Part shown: positions 37,997 to 60,694 of the stretch, one piece after another
Layout of the letters: every line of letters begins with the position of its first letter
Numbering within the stretch: position 1 is the stretch's first letter
NCBI RefSeq assembly: GCF_009914755.1
Contig: NC_060947.1
Direction: 5' to 3' (one strand)
DNA: 64,000 bases
DNA from: the human T2T-CHM13v2.0 reference genome, Homo sapiens
Translations under genes and position numbers: made by a program
Notes under the pieces: generated by a model
The model's input: the letters and a program-made list of their open reading frames with translations, nothing else
Databases searched by the model: none
What the model was told of the DNA's origin: nothing

Positions 37997-39658
37997 TGTT
38001 AGTTGTGGGTTTTTTGTAAGTATCCTTTTTCATGTTGAGGAAGTTTCCTTATATTTCTAGTTTGTTGAATTTTTAAGGAAGTGGTGTTCAATCTTAGAAA
38101 GTGTTTCTTCTGCATCAATTGAGATGATTCTTTAGTTTTTTTTTCATTTTATTAATGTTTGATATTTCACTGGTTGCTTTTCCTAAATCATACTTGCATT
38201 CCTAGAATAAATTACATTTGGTCAGTATATATAATCTTAATATGCTGTTGGATTCATTTTGCTATAGTTTTCTTCCTTGTAGAGTCTTTGGTTTTGGTAT
38301 CAGGGAATGCTAGCCACAAGAAATGCTTTAGAAAGTATTCCCACCTCTTTTATGTTTGGAAGGGTTTGAGAAGGATTGTTGTGAATTCTTTAAATGTTTG
38401 GTTGGATTCAACAGTGAAGCCATATGGTCCTAGAATTTTCTTTGTTGGAAGGGTTTTGGTTGCTGACTCAATCTGTTCCCTTGCTATAGATTCGTTCAGA
38501 TTTTCTGTTTCCTTTTCAGTCAGTTCTGGTAGCTTATATGTTTCCAGGAATTTATACATTTCATTTAGGCTATCTATTTTGTGTGTGTGTATAGTTGTTC
38601 ATAAGTATTATCTCATTGCTCTTTTTATTTCTGTAAGATCTATAGTAATGTTCTCACTTTAATTTCTGATTTTAGTAATTTGAGCCTTTTTTTCGTAGTC
38701 AGTGAAGCTAAAAGTTTATACATTTTGTTGGTATTTTCAGATAATTATTGGTTGTGTTGATTCCCTTTATTGCTTTTCTACTCACCTTTTTGTTATATGT
38801 TATCTCCTAATTTTTATAATTTCCTTCCTTCTCCTATCTTTGGTTTTATTTTACTTTTTTTCTTGTTCTTATTGTGCAAAGATGATAGGTTATTGATTTT
38901 GGATTTCTTTCTTCTTTTTTAATATAGTCACTTACAGCTATAAATTTACCTCTGAGCCTTCTCATGAGTTTTGATGTGTTGTGTTTTCTTTTTCATTTGA
39001 CTCAAAGTATTTTCTAATTTTACTTTTAATTTCTTCTTCGTTTAATGTTGTTTAATATTTCTATGTTTGTCGGGTTTCCAGTTTCCCTTTTATTATTGAG
39101 TTTTAGTTTCATTACATTGTTGTCAGAGAATGTATACGCTTTTATTTTTTTGTGGCCAATATATGGTATATTTTAGAGAAGGTTTAATGTGCATCTGAGG
39201 AAAACGGAACAATAGAATAAGCAAAACAATGGTATCCTGCTATTGCTGGTTGTAGCGTCCCATAGATATTAGGTCTAGTTGGTTTAGTGTGGCTTAAACC
39301 CTTTATTTTTCTTCTGTCTAGTTATTATATCCATTAATGAAAGTGGGATATTAAAATTTCCAAATATTATTTTAGAACTGTCTACTTGTTCCCTTTAATT
39401 CTGTCAGTTTTTCTTCGTAGGTTTGGGGCTCCTTCTTAGGTGCATTTATGTTTATACTTTTCCTAATTTCTTGATAGATTAACCCTTTTATCAATATATA
39501 ATGTCCTTTGTCTCTTGTCACAATTTCTGTCTTTGTCTATTTTGTCTGATATTAATACAGCCACCTTAGCACTTCCTTTTTTGATTTGCTATTTGCATGG
39601 AATATCTTTTGGTATTGTTTTACTTGCAATTTATATGTAAATTTTGATCTAAAGTGAG

Positions 39659-42600
39659 TTTTTTTGAATTATTTTTGAGTATTGACTTTTTATTATTAGT
39701 CACTGTTCATAATTTGTTTCAACCAAAAGACAATACACACAGCAGAATTCTAATGCATCCCATTTTACATCCATTTTATTCCTCACTGACCTCTAAGACT
39801 TATCATTTAATTAAAATTTTTTTACATCTCAAAAATATGTCTGTAATAATTAGAGCTTCATTAGCTGTCTCACTTGGAAACAGGTTTTTAATATTTTTAC
39901 AGTAAAGAAGATGTGAAGGGACATAATGAAAATGTAACTTACAACACTATGAAAGAAAAGGAACTTTACAGGAACACAGTGGGAGTTCATAAAGGAAAGA
40001 GTTCAGAAGCTCTTTCCCTTGGGACCCCCAAATATAAAACAAAAACAAAACACACAAAGCACAACCACAGGTTCTTTGAGGAAAACAAAACAAAACCAAC
40101 TCCAATGTTCCATCTCGAAGCCAGAATCAGCCCCTTGGAAGTTTGTAAAGCAACTGTGTAAGCTGCTTCACCAATTTCTTCTGTTAGAATGTTCCAGGTC
40201 CTGGAACCCTGTCGATGGGACCCACTCACTGATATTGCTTGAAAAAGTTATTCACTTCCAGTTCTACAAGCAGCCCCACTCTCCTGAGCCAAAGCTGGTC
40301 AAAAGTGTTTTCAACTTCAAGAATTTCTGTGCAATTCTCTCTTCATTGATCCTCTCCACTCCCAAAGTCATGAATATACAGACGTGTAAAATCACTCCCC
40401 CAACCACAAAGTTTGTGAACACCCACTTTTTCCTCTCTAGATTTCTCAGTTTAGGACACTGTGGTTAAAATACATACACTAGAAAGAAAATACACATTCA
40501 AACTCATTTCCCCTAGTTCTCATGGCCCAAATATTTTTCAATGCAGAAGATAATGAAGTTGAACCTCAAAAGCAGTACTTCCTAACTTCCAATCTCTTCT
40601 AGAAGGACATAAAAAAGATGGAAATCATGTTATATCGACCATTAGTGTTGGATAGTTTTAAAAGTCTATTTTCATATATAAATGCAATGAACAAGGGGTA
40701 TAAATCACACCTTTAAACTAGCAAGAGGAAAGAATCTCTTCCCAAATGTTACACTGAGGAATGTTTCTTTAAATGAGAAAGGCCTTAAAATTAACAGATG
40801 ATCACTATACACAGCCTAAAAATTCCATGACTGTCCAAAGCACCTCAAGGTAACAGCATCAAAGCACTGTGGGTGAAGCTTCTAGGGGAGAGCACCCCTC
40901 CTACAGTTTTTTGAGATTACTTAGATGAATTAATTCTCCTTTAGGATTCCCTCGGATGGGGCAGGGACTAGAATAAAATTGACTCGTGAGGAGGGAAATA
41001 ATGAGGTACAAGTGCATGTGGAATTGTTGAAGTAAGCATGTGAGAGATCACTGCTTATCACCCCAGGGTTATCAAAACAGCCTTGGAAATTGCTCCTTCC
41101 TCATAATGCCTCTGAAATTGTAAATCCATCCAAATTTGCTCCCGCTTGAGTGGTTATACTCGGGAAATGAATTATTAAAATGTGCAAGTATTCACATAAA
41201 TTGAAACATTTCTCCTTTTAGCTGCAAGGCCAAGTGAAAGGAAAACTAATTCTGATCCTAGAAACTAAGGTACGCTGAAGCTTTCAAAGATCCAATCATT
41301 TGAATTAGTCTTCACAACCATCAGTATCCTAGGCAGTTATTTGACTGCTAGTCCTTCAGTATGGTGCTTGCGTTCAGTTTCCGAAATCAATTCATATTCT
41401 ACGCAGCACCTTTGTGTTAAGGCCATAATATTTTACTCCTAGACAAAGCTTTGGATAATCATAAACTCTACTTCAAAACTATGGTCATCCAAGGAAATGC
41501 TCTGTCAGTAGAGTAGACCCTTTCCAGCTCCATTAGCTGACACTGTCTTATAGCATGGTCTTGAACAGATTTCTTCAGAGATTCAACCCAGTTCAAATTA
41601 AAATAAAAAACCTGAGCTGGTTAGCTACAAATATAGGAGAGAAAAATAAAGCCTCTATACAAACAGGCTTTATTTTATCTAACAAAGAAGAATGTTAAGA
41701 CAAATTCTATTCAAGAAATCCACCAACATTATGTTAATCCTATCATGTTTCACAACATTAAGTATCCATCCAATGAAATCAGTCTGCAAAGAAACCCTTA
41801 AAGGCTATTTTTCATTGCACAGGCAGAGCAGTTGTCTGAAATATGCACTAGTCCACACTTACATTACTGAAAACTATGGAGGAGATAATATCCTGTGATT
41901 GACTCAGTCAACCATTTACCCAGTGGAGTAAGTTTTAGCAGATCTTGCTCATACATACTAATAAGACCAAAACTTTCCCCTGTGGAGCCTTTAGTTAAAC
42001 TCTAGTTTGTCAAATGTTAGGAATAGTCTAGTATCTGATACAGAGCTATATTTGACGAGACACTGAAGATTTTAAGTAAAGGCTTGGTGAAATGGAGGGG
42101 AAAAAAAGGATATTTGTTTCCAGGTTTAAGATTGAAGCCAAAGTAGTCATTATACTGTATTCAATACAGTAACAATTGCAAACATTATAAGAGCAAAGTG
42201 GGCCTCACTTTTTCTTTCTTCTTCAGTATATAAGACGTGGTGCCTGAATACTTGAACGTACATAGTACATTCATCATGTACCACAGAGAGAGTCACATCT
42301 ACTTCATTCCAGTAACTCAGTTTCGAAGTTTAATAACACATGGGTCCTTTCTAAAAAGCACTTGGCACTCTCACTAGTTTAAAAATCTCAAGTCTTTGAT
42401 GTGGATATTTCTGAGATTTGTCTTAAAAGAGACCAATTTCTCAGACTCAGGAAAGGCTATTCCTACCCTATGGTATCCATAAGACTTCCTCTGACATGGG
42501 GGCAAGGAAGCTACAAGGCTTCACTCCGACACCATAAAGTACAATATAGGGAAGATTTCTTTAACCATGTGGTCTTTATTTCAGTGCCAGTGTTAACAGA

Positions 42601-42908
42601 TACAACACAAATGCTCCAGTCAGAAGGAATTCAAATGGAATGCCAAGGTCCAAGCAAGGCTCAGAAATAAAAAGAGAGGTTTGGAGTAATAGATAAGATG
42701 ACTCCAATATACTCCAGGATGAGTCTGATACTCACTCTTCCTAAGGGCAAAGGTGCTTTTGATACAGAGTCTGATCTTTAAAACTGGTGAGCTACTCTTT
42801 CCACCCATTACCATAGCTAAAACAGGCAAGTTATGGGATTAGGAGTACTTCAAAATTTGTAGTGGGAATAGGGCCATTAATAACTATGAATATATCTTTT
42901 AGAAAACT
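39659..42908 (-). pseudogene. Retrocopy of a long mRNA 3'UTR with no CDS; parent tentatively ELOVL6 (from memory, unverified)
   Basis: 3.25 kb of non-repeat sequence inside L1M. Perfect 17-bp TSD TTTTGATCTAAAGTGAG at 39642-39658 and 42909-42925. Decayed poly(T) from 39659. Minus-strand AATAAA at 39689-39694 and a second one at 42575-42580. Confidence 0.8.
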
Positions 42909-43156
42909 TTTTGATCTAAAGTGAGCACATAGATAGAACCTTAAAAAAAACCCCTCCCTCTGCCATATCTGCTTTTTGATTTGAGAATTAAATCCATTTA
43001 CATAGAAAGCAATTATTGGTAAGAAAGGGTGTAGTTCTGTTATTTCGCTATTTATTTTCTATATGTATTAATCTTTTGCTCTTCATTTCCTCCATTACTT
43101 CCTATAAATATAATATATTGTATTACATATGACAATATATATGTAATTACATATTT

Positions 43157-44125
<969 letters not shown>

Positions 44126-46400
44126 CCCCTGCGCCTCCAGGGGCTGAACTTCTCCTGTTTATCAGGGCCGGGCCGACTCTGGGAGAACTGCCCTCTCTCC
44201 TCTCAGGATGGCAAGCCGTGTGCCCCAAGCTCGGGGCCTCCAAACTCCCATGCAGAGTGAAGATGGCCAACGTGGTGGGTTTGTGGGGGCTACACTTGCA
44301 GGAAACTTGGGGCCTGCCAAGTCCTTGATTCTGTCACTAAACAGGTGCAGACGCACCCCACTCCTAGACTGATGTATGGCTTCCTGGCCATGTTGGATGC
44401 AGGAATCTGTGTCACTGTATGCGTTATTAACCATGAGAAAGGCGCCTGGGAGGGGACGGCCTGCTGTGCTGGGTTCTGCCACAAACCGCTGTCATTTGCT
44501 TCAGCCTGAGTTTCTGCTGGGGCCCTGGTGGGGCCCAGGAGCTCTCAGGCCTGTGGAGTCTGGAGCAGAGGCTGGCTCCGGGCTCTCCCCGCCTTGGGGT
44601 CTGCCCCTCAACCCCTTCTCAGTCACCAAGGGTGAAGTTGGCAGTTGTGAGCACCGCCGTTCCAATTGCTTTCTTACTTGTTGTACCCACTCCCTTTGGC
44701 TAGGCCTTGCTCCTGCCAGCTCTGAGCCCAGGTCTCTCATGATCTCACTTTCGTGACATCAGAGCGGAGGGTCTTCCTGCACCGAGGAAACGTGGAGCTG
44801 GCCCGGTGGTGAAGCCTTTCAGCTGACTCAGAAGCAAGACGGATTGACGTTTGTTGTTAGAAGCCACTGGAATTTGCAGTTTGGTTGTTGGAGTGCAAGT
44901 CACTGACTGGTCAGCCCTTGATTTCAGGATATGGAAAGTGAGGGGACAGTGCCTTCCCAACCCCCTGAGGCCCGGCTGGGGCTCCCTCTGCCCCAGTTCT
45001 CTACACAGGTGTCCCCCAGTGCTGTGTGGGACTCACTGGCCCATATCCTGCAGGGGGGCCTGGGCAGGACAACTCTCAGCTTTCAGGGTGGGGCCCAGTA
45101 CCCTAAGCCTTCACAGACTGCCTGGGGGTGGGGTGGCGCTAGGTACCTCAGGACCTCCTGGCTCCAGGATGTGTGCCCGGACCCGTGATGATGTCCCTGT
45201 GTCATGGGCCCTCTATGGTCCTGACCTCCTATGGCACATCCACGTGCTCAGGGTTCAGAACCCCAGCAGTGTCCAGCAAAGCTGCCCAATGAGAAGGTGG
45301 CCAAGAGGAATCTGAGCCTGTGTTTCCTCCATTCAGTCCTAGGGTCCTGGGCCCCTACCCCACAAGAACAGACTTGGTGGTGTCCACAGACACAGCGTGG
45401 ACGCCCTCCAAGGCACTTGACAAATAAGAAGGGACAGCAGTGGCTGGCTTGGCTGCCTGGCAAGAGAGCACCAACCCTGTTGACAGAGTAATTCTCACTT
45501 AATTGAGAGAAGTAGTTTACAAAGTAGAATTTATGATAAACCCATTTTTGCAATAAAGTGAGTGATGGTAACAAAGCCTGTCAAATGCACAGACAGCACA
45601 GCCTGACTGTCAGGGAGGCAGGGTGGGGGTGGTCTTCACTTTCTTCACACTTTTCTGTATAGTCTGAATTTTTTATAGTGGATATGTATTCTGTGTTATT
45701 TTAAGAGGAAAACCTTCTAGTTTCCTAGTCTTCAAATGACTTCAGTGTGACTGTTGGCTGGTGTGGCTTGAAACCTCCCTTCTAGGAATGCTCCTGGGCT
45801 CAGGAGCTTCTGGCTCCTGTCCAGAAACAGGTGCCTTCCCTTCGGCGTCCTACCTGAGAGAACAGGCCCCATGCAGCAGTGACTGCAGAGTCACGTTGTG
45901 GACAATGCTGAGGAAAGAGGAATGTCTGGGCATTGTCAGGGAAGATATTTAAGCAAAGACTTAGAAAAGACAGGGGGCAGCGGGCATCCTGTCGACTGAG
46001 ATAGACTCAGAATTGTCCCAAGAAAGTAGCCTAAGAAACCACAAATGTTGGGGGACGTCATTCTGGCATTTTTTTGCAAGTGCAAGAAACCCAAACACTC
46101 AGCAATGGGCTTGTGCTCAGACAGGCAGGTTCATCCCTGCATCAGAAGACCATTCTTGAGTTTACTTATCATCACTCATGTTAAACATGGTTATTAGCTG
46201 AGCACTGCTGTGTTCCAGCCACCATGTAGAGAGAGGGAATCTCTAGATAGAGGATAGGGTAGTCCCATCTTGCCCCAAAACAAATCATGTGCATTCTCTT
46301 TGGACAAACATTGGGAGACTCCCTGGAACCAGTAGATCTGAGTGAAGAAAAGTGTAGAATCTTTTCTATATATATACATATTTTTGGTGTGTATTTTCTT
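44126..46400 (+). other. GC-rich unique segment contiguous with the SLX9 retrocopy (probable co-retrotransposed read-through); right end uncertain (~46380-46455)
   Basis: Abrupt GC-rich composition in an AT-rich L1 background, with no TE break after the SLX9 3'UTR; L1M host sequence resumes afterwards. Confidence 0.5.
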
Positions 46401-46479
46401 ATCTTTGTAGCATGAATATGAATTACTTGGTAATATAAGAAAAAATATAAATATATATTTATTTGTGATTATTTTGTTT

Positions 46480-46640
46480 TGTTTTTAATTTTAAAATTTG
46501 TATAAATTTATGGGATGCAAGTGTAATTTTGTTACATGCATAGACAGTGTAGTGGTGAACTCAGGGCTTTTAGGGTAACCATTGCCCAAATAATGTACAT
46601 TGTACCCACTAAGTAATTTCTCATCATCCACCCCACCCAA
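46480..46640 (-). mobile_element. L1MA-type 3' end fragment
   Basis: ATTTATGGGATGCAAGTGTAATTTTGTTACATGCATAG..TCAGGGCTTTTAGGGTAACCAT..GTACATTGTACCCA. Confidence 0.75.
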
Positions 46641-47361
46641 AATGTGCTATATGAATTTACTTATCTTTTTTTCAGTATAGTTTTTAAATTTTTTTCTTAC
46701 ACTGGAGATTACAGTTAACATCTTACAATTAACATCTTTTTGTTGACCAGCCTGGGCAATAAAGTAAGACCCTGTCTCAAAAAGCAAACAAATAACAACA
46801 ACAACAATGCAAAAACAAAAAACAAAGAAACAAAAAACCCCAAAAATGCAGTAACAGGGACTTTTATATTTATCAATGCAGCTACCTTTACCATTGTTCT
46901 TTATTTGTTTGTATGATTTTGGGCTACTGTCCAGTGTTCTTTCATTTCAGGTTGAACAATTCCCTTATAATTTCTTTTAGGGTAGGTCTGTTAGTGACAA
47001 ATTCCCTCGGTTTTCTGTTCCCTGGGAATGTCTGAATTTTGCCTATATTTTTGAAGGACAAAAGTTTTGCTGAATGTAGAATTATTGGTTCATAGTTTTC
47101 TTTTTTTTCCTTTGGCCCTTTAAATATATTATGCCCATCTTCTGAAGTCCATGGTTTCTGAAGAGAAATTGATTTGTTTTTCATTGAAGATCCCTTGTTC
47201 ATTTGCGGAAAGTCACTTTTCTCTTGCTGCTTTCAAGATTCTCTCTTTGTCTTTCGCTTTTTACACTTTGATCATAATTTTTCTCGGTGTGGATGTGTTT
47301 TAGTTTTTCCTGCTCAGAGTAAATTATGCTTCTTGGATGTGTAGATTCCTATCTTTCATGA

Positions 47362-47829
<468 letters not shown>

Positions 47830-48102
47830 TATTTTTATTTTTTTCTTTGTATTTCTGTTCCTCTTACTGCACACTCTTATTTGACCTATCTTCAACTTTA
47901 CTGATTATTTCTTATGCCAGCCCTAATCTACCACTGAGCTCCTCTAGTGAAGTTTTTATTTCTGTTATTTAACTTTTGATCTCCAGATTTCATGTTTGTT
48001 TCTTTTTAAGAAATGACTTCTCTTGATTGATATTCTTTATTTGTTGAGACTTTGTTCTCCTGGTTTCCTTTCATTTTTTTTGTCCGTGATTAAAGATGGT
48101 AG

Positions 48103-48409
48103 ATTTTTTTTTTTTTTTTTTTTTGAGGTGGAGTCTCACTCCGTCGCCCAGGCTGGAGTGCAGTGGCACGATCTTGGCTCACTGTAACCAACATCCGCCT
48201 CCTGGGTTCAAGCAATTCTCTTGCCTCAGCCTCACGAATAGCTGGGACTACAGGTGCGTGCCACTACATCCAGCTAATTTTTTGTATTTTTAGTAGAGAC
48301 GGGGTTTCACTTGGTTAGCCAGGGTAGTCTCAATCTCCTGACCTCGTGATCCGCCTGCCTCGGCCTCCCAAAGTGCTGGGATTACAGGCGTGAGCCACTG
48401 TGCCTGGCC
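48103..48409 (-). mobile_element. Alu
   Basis: Antisense dimer; TSD AAAGATGGTAG (48092-48102) / AAAGATAGTAG (48410-48420). Confidence 0.95.
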
Positions 48410-48818
48410 AAAGATAGTAGGTTTAAAGTCTTTGTCCAATGCCTAGCCTTTCTCAGGGAATGTTTCTATTAATTTCTTTTTTTTTTACTGAGTGTGCCTT
48501 TGCATGTCTTATAATTTATTGTTGAAATCTGAAATCTGAACATTTTGTATATTATGATGTGGCAGCACTTGGTGTCAGAGTATCCTTGCTCCCCTAAATT
48601 TGTTTTGCTGCTTGTTGTTACTTTTTAGTGACTTTTGTAAACCATTTTTTATAAAGCCTGTATTCTTTACCTGTGGCTACTGAAGTCTGCATTCTGTTAG
48701 CTTAGTGGACGCTCATGTTTTGAAAGCATTTTCTTAAATGCCTGAAACCCACCCCCGCAAAATACTCTCCCAGTCTTTGAACATAGACACTGTGTTGAGG
48801 CCCTCCTTCAATGCTTTG

Positions 48819-50750
48819 CTTTGAAGTCTATTTTATCTGATATTAATGTTTACATAATATGCATTTTTCCCTAATTTTTGGCATATCTATGTCTTTGTAC
48901 TTAAGGCGAATTTCTTGTAAACCGTAGTTTTAAACATAATTCCCTCCCCCAAATCTCTCTCTTTTAATTGGTGTATTTAGATGATTTACACATAAGGTAA
49001 TTATTAATATATTAATGCTTATGTCTGCCACCTTATTATGTGTGCTCTGCTAGTTTTCTTTATTTCTCAATTCTTTTATTTGCCTTTTAATTTTTAACAT
49101 CTTGTTGGTTAAGTAAAAAATTTGGATTACATCTTGATTTATTTATACCTTTTTTTCTTTCTCTTTAAAATATTACCTGCAACCAACTCACACCATACAC
49201 TGTTTTTGAGTATACCACTGTGCATAGTTTTCTGTGTAATTGCTTTAGAGATTACCATATGTATACTAACATCTCACTGTATACTGGTATCAAATTTTTA
49301 ATGCTTCATATTAAATATAGAAACCTTGTTTCACTTAGGTCATTTTATCCTGTGCATTCAAATAAAATATAATTGTCTTAAATACTTACTGTCCATACAT
49401 TGAGCACCATATCACATAGTGTTATAATTTTTGCTTCAATCTTCAGATAAGATTTAAAAACTCAGGACAAGTAGGATTATCTCTTGCTATTACACCTCTT
49501 TTTTGTATTCCTATGTTCTTCCTTTTCTGAAATTCCAAGCCTTCTTCTGTTATAATTTCCTTTCTAAGAAAGTTTAGAGAACTTCCTATAGCTATTTTTT
49601 AAGGATAGATTTGCTAGCAACAAATTCTTTTTATTTTTCTTCATCTGAGAATATCTTGATTTACCCTTCATTCCTGACAGATATTTTTGCTAGATATACA
49701 ATTTGTGTTTGACAAGTCCTTTCTTTCAGTACTTAAAATACGTTATTACTTATTTCTGGCCTTTATGGTTTTAGATGAGAAATACATTTTCATTTGAATT
49801 CATATCATCCTACAGGAAATGTGTTGTTTGTCTCTGGCTGCTTTCAAGATGTTTTCTTTATATTTAGTTTTCAGAAGCTAGATATCATGTGTCTTGACAT
49901 GTGTTTCTTTGGATTTATCCTATTTGCAATTCACTGAATTTCTTGAATCTGTGGGTTTATGTGTTTCACCAAATTTGGGAAGTTTTCAGCCAGTATTTTT
50001 TTGAATATTCTTTCAGCCATACTCTGTTTCTCCTTTACTTCTGGAACTCTGGTAATAAGAATGTTAGATTTTTTTTTATATATATTCTCACAAGTCCCTT
50101 AGATCCTCTTCTTTAAAAAAATTCTACTTATTCCTGTTGTTAAGATTGAATAAATTCTATTTATCTATCTGTCTTCAAATTTACTGATCCTATCCTCTGT
50201 CATCTCTACTATTAAGTCCATCGAGTAATTAAAAAAAATTTTGCTTATTGCATTTTTATGTTCTATAATTTCCATTTATTATTTTAAAATATAACTTGAA
50301 TTTCTTTTCTGACATTTTCTATTTTTTTTTCATTTATTTCAAGGAAATTTGTAAGTCCTTGTTAAAGCAATTGTGTGATGGATACCTTAAAATCCTTGTC
50401 AGGCAATTCTAACATCTCTATCAACTCAGTGTTGGCATCCCTTGATTGTCTTTTCTTATTCAAATTGTGGTTTTCCTGGTTGTTGGTATGATGAGTGATT
50501 TTTTATTGTATCTCAAACATTCTGGAAATTATATTGTGAGATGTTTAATTACACTTAACATTATTTTTAAGCACATAGTCTCTATGTTGAAGTAGCACAA
50601 GGGCTGGATATGTTCAGGTTCCTGTTGGCCTCACTGACACCAGGGAGTATGGAAGTGGAGCACTGAATCATACCGTTTTGTTGATGCATGGTAAAAATGG
50701 AAGCTCAGCTTCTAGTTGGACCCTGCTGACAATGGGGAATGGTGGGGGAG
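48819..50750 (-). mobile_element. Old antisense L1M (ORF2 start, ORF1 and 5' region)
   Basis: TTTGAAGTCTATTTTATCTGATATT; TCATCTGAGAATATCTTGATTTACCCTTCATTCCTGA; CTCTGGCTGCTTTCAAGAT; CAAATTTGGGAAGTTTTCAGCC. Confidence 0.7.
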
Positions 50751-50814
50751 TTGTCTCAGTTTAGGCTGCTATAACAAAGTACTATACACTGTGTGGTTTA
50801 AAGAAACAAATGCT

Positions 50815-54504
<3,690 letters not shown>

Positions 54505-55499
54505 AAATGCTTATTTCTCACAGTTCTGGAGGCTGGGAGTCTGAGAATAGGGTATCAGTATGGTCGGGTTCTGGTGAGGTCCCTTTTCCAAGTTGTAGAC
54601 AGTTGACTTCTGCTTGTATCCTCAAATGGTGGAAAAAAAGTGATCTAGTTCTCTGGCCTTTTATAAGAACACTAATCTCACTTGTGTGGGCTCCACCCTC
54701 ATGACCTAATTACTTCCAGAAGGTGCCACCTCCAAATATCATCAGATTAGAGATTATATGTCAACATATGAATGGTGGCGGAGGACGCAAACATTCAGTA
54801 CATAACAAGAAAGAACAAGAATTGTCAGTATCCCTGCTTCACACTGCCTTGTTTAGCCTTTTTGCTGTTGGGTGGTTGTATAGGTTTAGCTCTTCACTAG
54901 GTCCCAGTGAAACTAGGCATTTGGTGACAGTAGATTGCTGACTAGCACCAACTCTCACTGCTATTTTCAGTCACATGTTGTTGGATTCAGGTGGACAGTC
55001 AGCTCTCCATTAGGCCTTAATGACTTGGGGTTGAGAGGGTTAACTGTAGTGATAACTAGCCTCTATGCCTTGAACCACCTCACCTCCTATGTCTCTTTGC
55101 TGCTGGGTAGGGTTGAAGTCTCCTGGTTGTTGGATCCCACTGACTGTACCCTGGTGGGAAAATTGAAGCACTGCCTGCTTTTTCCAGGAGAGTTATAGAA
55201 GATCAACTCTTCTCTCAGCCGCAACAATATGATCCTGGCAGGGATTTCCATTGCCTTTTGATCCAGAAAACCTTTACTAGGCATACACCTCCAGCAATAT
55301 ACATGCATACATAATGTTAGTCATCTTAGCTTTGTTTGCAATTGAAAATATTACAATCAGCCTAAGTGCTGATAAATAGAAGAATGGTTGAGTAAACTAT
55401 AGTACATCCACAAAATGAAGTATTATACATTTGTAAAATAAAAAGAATGAGGACTATCTGGATGATCTCTTATGGAGTAATTCTAGAATATATTGTTAA

Positions 55500-59070
<3,571 letters not shown>

Positions 59071-59087
59071 AATGCAAAAAAAAAGAA

Positions 59088-59467
59088 AATGCAGCACATA
59101 TACACCAAGGAATACTATGCAGCCATAAAAAATAATGCGTTCATGTCCTTTGTAGGGACATGGATGAAGCTGGAAGCCATCATTCTCAGCAAACTATTGC
59201 AAGGACAAAAAACCAAACACCGCATGTTCTCACTCATAACTGAACAATGAGAACACTTGGACACAGGAAGGGGAACATCATACACTGGGGTTTGTTGTGA
59301 GTTGGGGGGAGGGGGGAGGGATAGCATTAGGAGATATACCTAATGTAAATGACGAGTTAATGGGTGCAGCACACCAAGATGGCTCATGTGTACATATGTA
59401 ACAAACCTGCATGTTGTGCGCCTGTAACCTAGAACTTAAAGTATTATATATATATATATATATATAA
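59088..59467 (+). mobile_element. Second short L1PA 3' end with (TA)n tail
   Basis: ATGCAGCACATATACACCAAGGAATACTATGCAGCC..CCTAGAACTTAAAGTAT followed by (TA)n. Confidence 0.93.
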
Positions 59468-60333
59468 ATTGTTATACTTGCTACATTGGTAGTTTGTGGC
59501 ACTGGATTTGAACAGGAAAATATAATGCAAAAAAAGAAGGAAAAAAGAAAATATATGTACATCTGTTCATTCATGCAAAATGAAACACAGTAAGGATAAA
59601 CCAGAAATTAATGAGAATGATTACTTATGAAGGTAGGTGAGAATTGGGTGGAAACGATTAGGAATTGGAACAAGATGCAAAGAATGGGGGGCATTTCTCT
59701 GAATATAATTTTTTGTATAGTTCTGACCTTTCAAACCATGTTGATGTTTCACATTCTCAAAAATAAAACAAAATTCACAAAGATGCAGGTTTAAAAATGG
59801 AATATAAATGAAAACAAATGAATCTAAAAGTATTTCAGATGAATAAAAACACCAGAGTAAACAGGGGGAAAATAAATTAACCCAAGTAAGTTTTGAACAT
59901 AGTAATTTGACTATATTCTCTATAAATACAAAAAAAGTGTAAACAAATATTGGATTCCAGTTAATAGGTTTGTTTATCAGTTATGCATTAGCAGTCCCAG
60001 ATTGCTTTGTGTATGTACAAATCACTTTATGAATATGTTGTGGATAATGTAAAATAGTTTTCTCATTCTCAAAGATGGGAATTAAAAATATAGAAAAAGG
60101 AAGGCTAAATGAACCTCATGGTGTTGGAATGGAATTGGATATGTAAGAATAGCTTATGGTTTATTTCATACAGATGGCTTACAAAATATATATGTATATA
60201 CTTAAACACACGTTTTGTGTGTGTGTGTGTATCTGCATGCATGCATATGATAGGGCTGACCACTGAGAATAACTAGGATTGACATCACAGTAGCAATAAG
60301 CACACCTTGCACCCACATCTGGATTTCTACATA

Positions 60334-60482
60334 CAGACAGTCCCTCACTTATGATGGTTCAATTTTCCATTTTTGACTTTATGAGGGGCTTACTGGAGTA
60401 TTAAATGCATTTTTGACTTATGATATTTTTGACTTACAATGGGTTTATTGGGATGTAACCCCATCATAAGTTGAGGGACGTG
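60334..60482. mobile_element. TcMar-Tigger-type MITE (MER47-like)
   Basis: TA|CAGACAGTCCCTCACTTATGATGG..CCATCATAAGTTGAGGGACGTG|TA: imperfect terminal inverted repeats with a TA TSD. Confidence 0.75.
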
Positions 60483-60694
60483 TATACCATTCTCCCCTAA
60501 ATTGAACCAGGGATCCTTGGAGAAATGGCTTATTTCAATCCTGGAACAAAGAAAACACAAGAGCCTAGAACATTTTTTTGTGCTAGAAATTAAGGAGTAT
60601 CAAAGAATGATAAGGGCATGTCAAAAAGACACATGAGCCAGTTTGAAAGGGGTCCCACTGGCCAAATCAAAGATATTTTAAGCATCAAATATAT

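Noticed and set aside
44162-45574. Cluster of 60-150 aa ORFs in the GC-rich block
   Set aside because: Expected from low stop-codon frequency at high GC; they overlap in several frames and show no recognisable domains.
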